Positions 61,156-64,000 of a stretch of DNA of 64,000 nt are shown in pieces; the stretch's first letter is position 1, and each line of letters starts with the position of its first letter. Source of the stretch: Acidobacteriota bacterium (lineage in GTDB: Bacteria > Acidobacteriota > Vicinamibacteria > Vicinamibacterales > UBA2999); assembly GCA_030697165.1 (NCBI GenBank), contig JAUYQQ010000015.1, positions 292,645-356,644 on the forward strand, given 5' to 3'. The notes beneath the pieces are model-generated. The model ran no database searches, was not told the DNA's origin, and saw only the letters and a program-made list of their open reading frames with translations. A program made the position numbers and the translations under genes.

Positions 61156-62082
61156 GTGGAACGCCGGGGCCTGCGCCCGTTCTTGAAATGGGTCGGCGGC
61201 AAGCGGCAACTGTTGCCGGTCCTGCGCCGCTATTACCCGCCGGCCCCCGGCGCGTACTTCGAGCCGTTCGTCGGCAGCGGGGCCGTGTTCTTCGACCTGC
61301 TCGCGCACGGGCGCCTCGACGGGCGGCCCATCACCCTCAGCGACGACAACGCCGACCTGATTGGCTGTTACGCGCGGGTCGCCGACGCGTTGCCGGCGGT
61401 CATTGCCGCACTCGAGCACCTCGCCGAAGGTCACGCGCGCGACGGCCGCGCGCACTACCTGCACGTGCGCGACACGTTGTTCAACCCGCAGCGGGCGGCA
61501 TGGCGCGCCGGCGGCAGCCACCTCGCCGGCTACGGTGCCGGCCTGGCGGCGATGCTGATCTACTTGAATCGCACCGGCTACAACGGGCTCTTCCGCGTCA
61601 ACTCCACGGGTGAATACAACGTGCCGCCCGGCCGCTACGAGCGCCCGCGCATCGTTGACCGCCCGCTCCTGGAGGACGTGTCCACCGTGCTGACGCGTCC
61701 GAACGTGCGGGTGCAGCGCGCCCCGTTCGACGGCGTGTTGAACGACGCCCGCGCCGGCGACTTTGCGTATTTCGATCCGCCCTATGCGCCACTGAGCAAG
61801 ACCGCCAATTTTCGCGGCTACACCGGGCGCGGCTTCACCGACACCGACCAGGCGCACCTGCAGCAAGTAGTGCTCGAACTGTCGCGCCGCGGCGTGCACG
61901 TGCTGCTCAGCAACTCGACTGCCCCATCGGTCGCGCGGCTGTACGACGGCAACGCCGAGGCCCGCCGCGCGGGCCTGTGTACCTGGCAGTTTCCGGCCCG
62001 TCGGGCGGTCAATTCCAATGCCCAGCGACGGGGGACGGTCGCCGAACTGGTCGTGTCGAACATCCAGCCCGACCCGTGTTAA
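61156..62082 (+). CDS. dam: DNA adenine methyltransferase, D12 class (Dam family), orphan
   Basis: 308 aa, GTG start. N-terminal RPFLKWVGGKRQLL (AdoMet-binding motif of Dam-type enzymes) and the catalytic DPPY (FAYFDPPYAPLS). No adjacent endonuclease gene. Confidence 0.85.
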   Translation: MERRGLRPFLKWVGGKRQLLPVLRRYYPPAPGAYFEPFVGSGAVFFDLLAHGRLDGRPITLSDDNADLIGCYARVADALPAVIAALEHLAEGHARDGRAHYLHVRDTLFNPQRAAWRAGGSHLAGYGAGLAAMLIYLNRTGYNGLFRVNSTGEYNVPPGRYERPRIVDRPLLEDVSTVLTRPNVRVQRAPFDGVLNDARAGDFAYFDPPYAPLSKTANFRGYTGRGFTDTDQAHLQQVVLELSRRGVHVLLSNSTAPSVARLYDGNAEARRAGLCTWQFPARRAVNSNAQRRGTVAELVVSNIQPDPC

Positions 62083-62103
62083 CCTCGGTAGGATCCTCCG
62101 CGC

Positions 62104-62190
62104 GCGAAAGTGGCGGAATTGGCAGACGCGCCGGCCTTAGGAGCCGGTGGCCGAAAGGCTGTAAGGGTTCGAGTCCCTTCTTTCGCACCA
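62104..62190 (+). tRNA. tRNA-Leu (anticodon UAG), type II with long variable arm, CCA encoded
   Basis: Manual fold. Acceptor gcgaaag/ctttcgc; anticodon stem ccggc/gccgg with loop cTTAGga (anticodon TAG); variable stem ggcc-gaaa-ggct; T arm aaggg-ttcgagt-ccctt; discriminator A followed by CCA. Confidence 0.9.
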
Positions 62191-62275
62191 TTCGACTCGG
62201 CCCTTCGGGCCTCGCTCATGGCAAGCCAGCAGGGCGAAGCGAATGGTGCCCTGAGCGAGCGGAGCGAGTCGAAGG
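62191..62275 (+). other. ~85-nt element of nested inverted repeats between tRNA-Leu and tig
   Basis: Outer stem ttcgactcg (62191-62199) / cgagtcgaa (62265-62273). Inner stem ctcgctca (62211-62218) / tgagcgag (62252-62259). Small hairpin gccc-ttc-gggc (62200-62210). Confidence 0.4.
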
Positions 62276-62296
62276 GCTCCCTCATCACACGAGATC

Positions 62297-63586
62297 ATGA
62301 AATCAGAAATTGTCGACGTGAACGAAACGCGCCGTGACCTCACGGTGGAAGTCCCCAGCACGGTGGTTGACGAAGCCATCGGCCGCGCCGCCGCCAAGAT
62401 CGGGCGCGCCGCGAAAATCCCCGGCTTCCGTCCCGGCAAGGTGCCGGCCACCGTGGTCCGCCAGCGCTTCAAGGGCGAGATCATGCAGGACGTCGCCGAG
62501 ACGCTGATCAGCCGCGCCGTCGGCGAGGCCCTGGTCGAGCAGAGCGTCGAGCCGATCGACACGCCTGAGATCAAGGACCTGGTGCTCGAGGAAGGCAAGG
62601 CCCTTACGTTCAAGGCCTCGTTTGACGTCGTGCCGTCGTTCGATCCCGGCGACCTGGCGACGATCGAGGCCACGCAGCCCGCGGCGACGATTGCCGACGA
62701 GGTGGTGGACCAGTCGCTCGAACGCTTGCGCGAGCGCGCCGCGCGTTTCGAGGCGGTGGAGAGCGGCGCCGTCGAGGCCGGCCACACCGTTGTCATCAGC
62801 CTGGAACGCCAGGGCACCGACAAGGACGGCAAGAAGGGCGAGCACGAGAAGCACGAGCAGGTGTCGATCGAACTCGGCGCGCCGTCGAACCCGCCCGGCT
62901 TCGACGCCGAGCTGATCGGCCTGGCGCCGGGCACGACCAAGAGCTTCACCATCACCTATCCCGCCGACTACACGATTGCGGAGCTGGCCGGCGGCTCGGT
63001 GGACTACACGGTGACGCTCAAAGAGATCAAGCAGCGGGTCGTGCCGCCCCTGGACGACGAGCTGGCCAAGGACCTGGGCGAGTTCGAGTCGCTCGACGCG
63101 CTGCGCACGCGCGTGCGCGCCGACCTCGAGCACGAGGCGATGCACGCCGCGGAGCGGCAGTTGCGCCAGGACCTGCTGAAGCAACTGGCGGCGCGCGTGC
63201 CGTTTGCCGTGCCGGCGACGCTGGTCGATCGCGAAATCGACCGCCGCCTCGAAGACTTCGCGCGGCGGCTGATGGACCAGCGGATCGACCCGCGCCAGGC
63301 GAACATCGACTGGAACGCGTTCCGCGAAGGCCAACGCGCGCCGGCGGCCGAAGCGGTCGGCTCGGCCATTGCGCTGGACGAGATTGCGAAGCGCGAGAAC
63401 GTGACGGTGACCGACGAAGACCTCGACGCCGAGTTGCAGCGCTATGCCGAGCAGACCGGCCACACCGTGCCGAGCATCAAGGCGCGCCTGCAAAAGGACG
63501 GCGAACTGGGCCGGTTAGCGGCCGGATTGCGCCGCGAAAAGGCTGTTTCTCTCGTCATTACGAAGGCCAAAATCACCAAATCATGA
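62297..63586 (+). CDS. tig: Trigger factor (ribosome-associated chaperone/PPIase)
   Basis: 429 aa. The N-terminal ribosome-binding region includes GFRPGKVP. Overall order and length are typical, and it is followed by clpP as in many bacteria. Confidence 0.95.
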   Translation: MKSEIVDVNETRRDLTVEVPSTVVDEAIGRAAAKIGRAAKIPGFRPGKVPATVVRQRFKGEIMQDVAETLISRAVGEALVEQSVEPIDTPEIKDLVLEEGKALTFKASFDVVPSFDPGDLATIEATQPAATIADEVVDQSLERLRERAARFEAVESGAVEAGHTVVISLERQGTDKDGKKGEHEKHEQVSIELGAPSNPPGFDAELIGLAPGTTKSFTITYPADYTIAELAGGSVDYTVTLKEIKQRVVPPLDDELAKDLGEFESLDALRTRVRADLEHEAMHAAERQLRQDLLKQLAARVPFAVPATLVDREIDRRLEDFARRLMDQRIDPRQANIDWNAFREGQRAPAAEAVGSAIALDEIAKRENVTVTDEDLDAELQRYAEQTGHTVPSIKARLQKDGELGRLAAGLRREKAVSLVITKAKITKS

Positions 63587-63647
63587 TGGGGTGGTTGGCT
63601 ATTGCACTTCCCCGCGTCTCAGCCGATAACAGTAGAGAAGCCCACTT

Positions 63648-64000
63648 ATGAGCGTCTATCAGAACCAGCTCGTGCCGATGGTGGTCGAGCAGACCAACCG
63701 CGGCGAGCGCGCCTACGACATCTTTTCGCGCCTGCTCAAGGACAACATCATCTTCATCGGCACGCCGATCGATGACGGGGTCGCCAACCTGGCCATTGCC
63801 CAGATGCTGTTTCTCGAGGCCGAGGACCCGGACAAGGACATCCAGCTGTATCTCAACAGCCCGGGCGGGTCGATTACGGCCGGGTTTGCGATTTACGACA
63901 CCATGCAGTTCATCCGGCCCGACGTGCAGACCATCTGCATCGGCCAGGCCGCGTCGATTGCGGCGGTGCTGCTCGCGGCCGGGACCAAGGGCAAGCGGTT
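63648..64000 (+). CDS. clpP: ATP-dependent Clp protease proteolytic subunit (5' partial, runs off the window)
   Basis: Translated by eye from the ATG at 63648: [79 protein letters not shown]... This is canonical ClpP. Confidence 0.95.
   Translation, partial: MSVYQNQLVPMVVEQTNRGERAYDIFSRLLKDNIIFIGTPIDDGVANLAIAQMLFLEAEDPDKDIQLYLNSPGGSITAGFAIYDTMQFIRPDVQTICIGQAASIAAVLLAAGTKGKR

Noticed and set aside
60945-61613. 222-aa plus-strand ORF starting in the AT-richer gap and overlapping dam out of frame.
   Set aside because: Arg/Pro/Ala-rich low-complexity product. The overlapping frame from 61156 has clear Dam motifs.
61156-62296. Genomic island or prophage remnant at tRNA-Leu (Dam next to a tRNA).
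   Set aside because: No integrase, no direct repeat of the tRNA 3' end that I could find, and conserved housekeeping genes (tig, clpP) follow immediately. Base composition of dam looks like the rest of the window.
62303-63493. 396-aa minus-strand ORF opposite tig.
   Set aside because: Antisense shadow of a highly recognisable trigger-factor gene.

Overview
GC-rich bacterial chromosomal segment, probably Acidobacteriota. The taxon call is an inference from an ADOP-type duplicated orphan permease and the gene content. All calls come from reading the ORF translations and the DNA by eye; no database search or computation was run.

Layout:
(i) 1-13.8 kb holds mostly minus-strand genes. These are two SDRs, a DapA-like aldolase, a dihaem cytochrome c, an amidohydrolase, the ADOP permease, a plus-strand lipoprotein and three consecutive PQQ-like beta-propeller proteins. 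They are separated by unusual short-tandem-repeat or hairpin spacers.
(ii) 14.0-60.9 kb is a single very large cell-surface polysaccharide locus of 43 genes in two convergent arms. The plus arm (7 genes) encodes Wzc, an O-antigen-ligase-like protein, a carbamoyltransferase, a GT4, the priming sugar transferase and a GGR-like reductase. The minus arm (36 genes, about 37.8 kb) has intergenic gaps of at most 40 nt. It encodes OPX, an OM barrel, Wzm/Wzt, a CDP-sugar cassette, about 10 glycosyltransferases, 7 methyltransferases, a second carbamoyltransferase, AsnB, a CapK-like ligase, an ATP-grasp protein and two DUF362 paralogues.
(iii) 61.1-64 kb holds an orphan Dam-family methyltransferase, tRNA-Leu(UAG), tig and the 5' part of clpP.

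Most interesting observations:
- The locus mixes export components. It has an ABC transporter with a Wzt C-terminal extension, Wzy-like polymerases and Wzc, but no Wzx flippase and no Wzb phosphatase.
- An uncharacterised DUF362-GT4-DUF362 module sits next to three amide-bond-forming enzymes.
- A short OPX is paired with a separate beta-barrel and a Ca-motif lipoprotein.
- A (CCCTGAT)x10 tract gives ten GATC sites, in a window that also encodes an orphan Dam.
- A family of GC-stem hairpins carries TTTA/TAAA loops.

No CRISPR array, transposase or integrase was seen.
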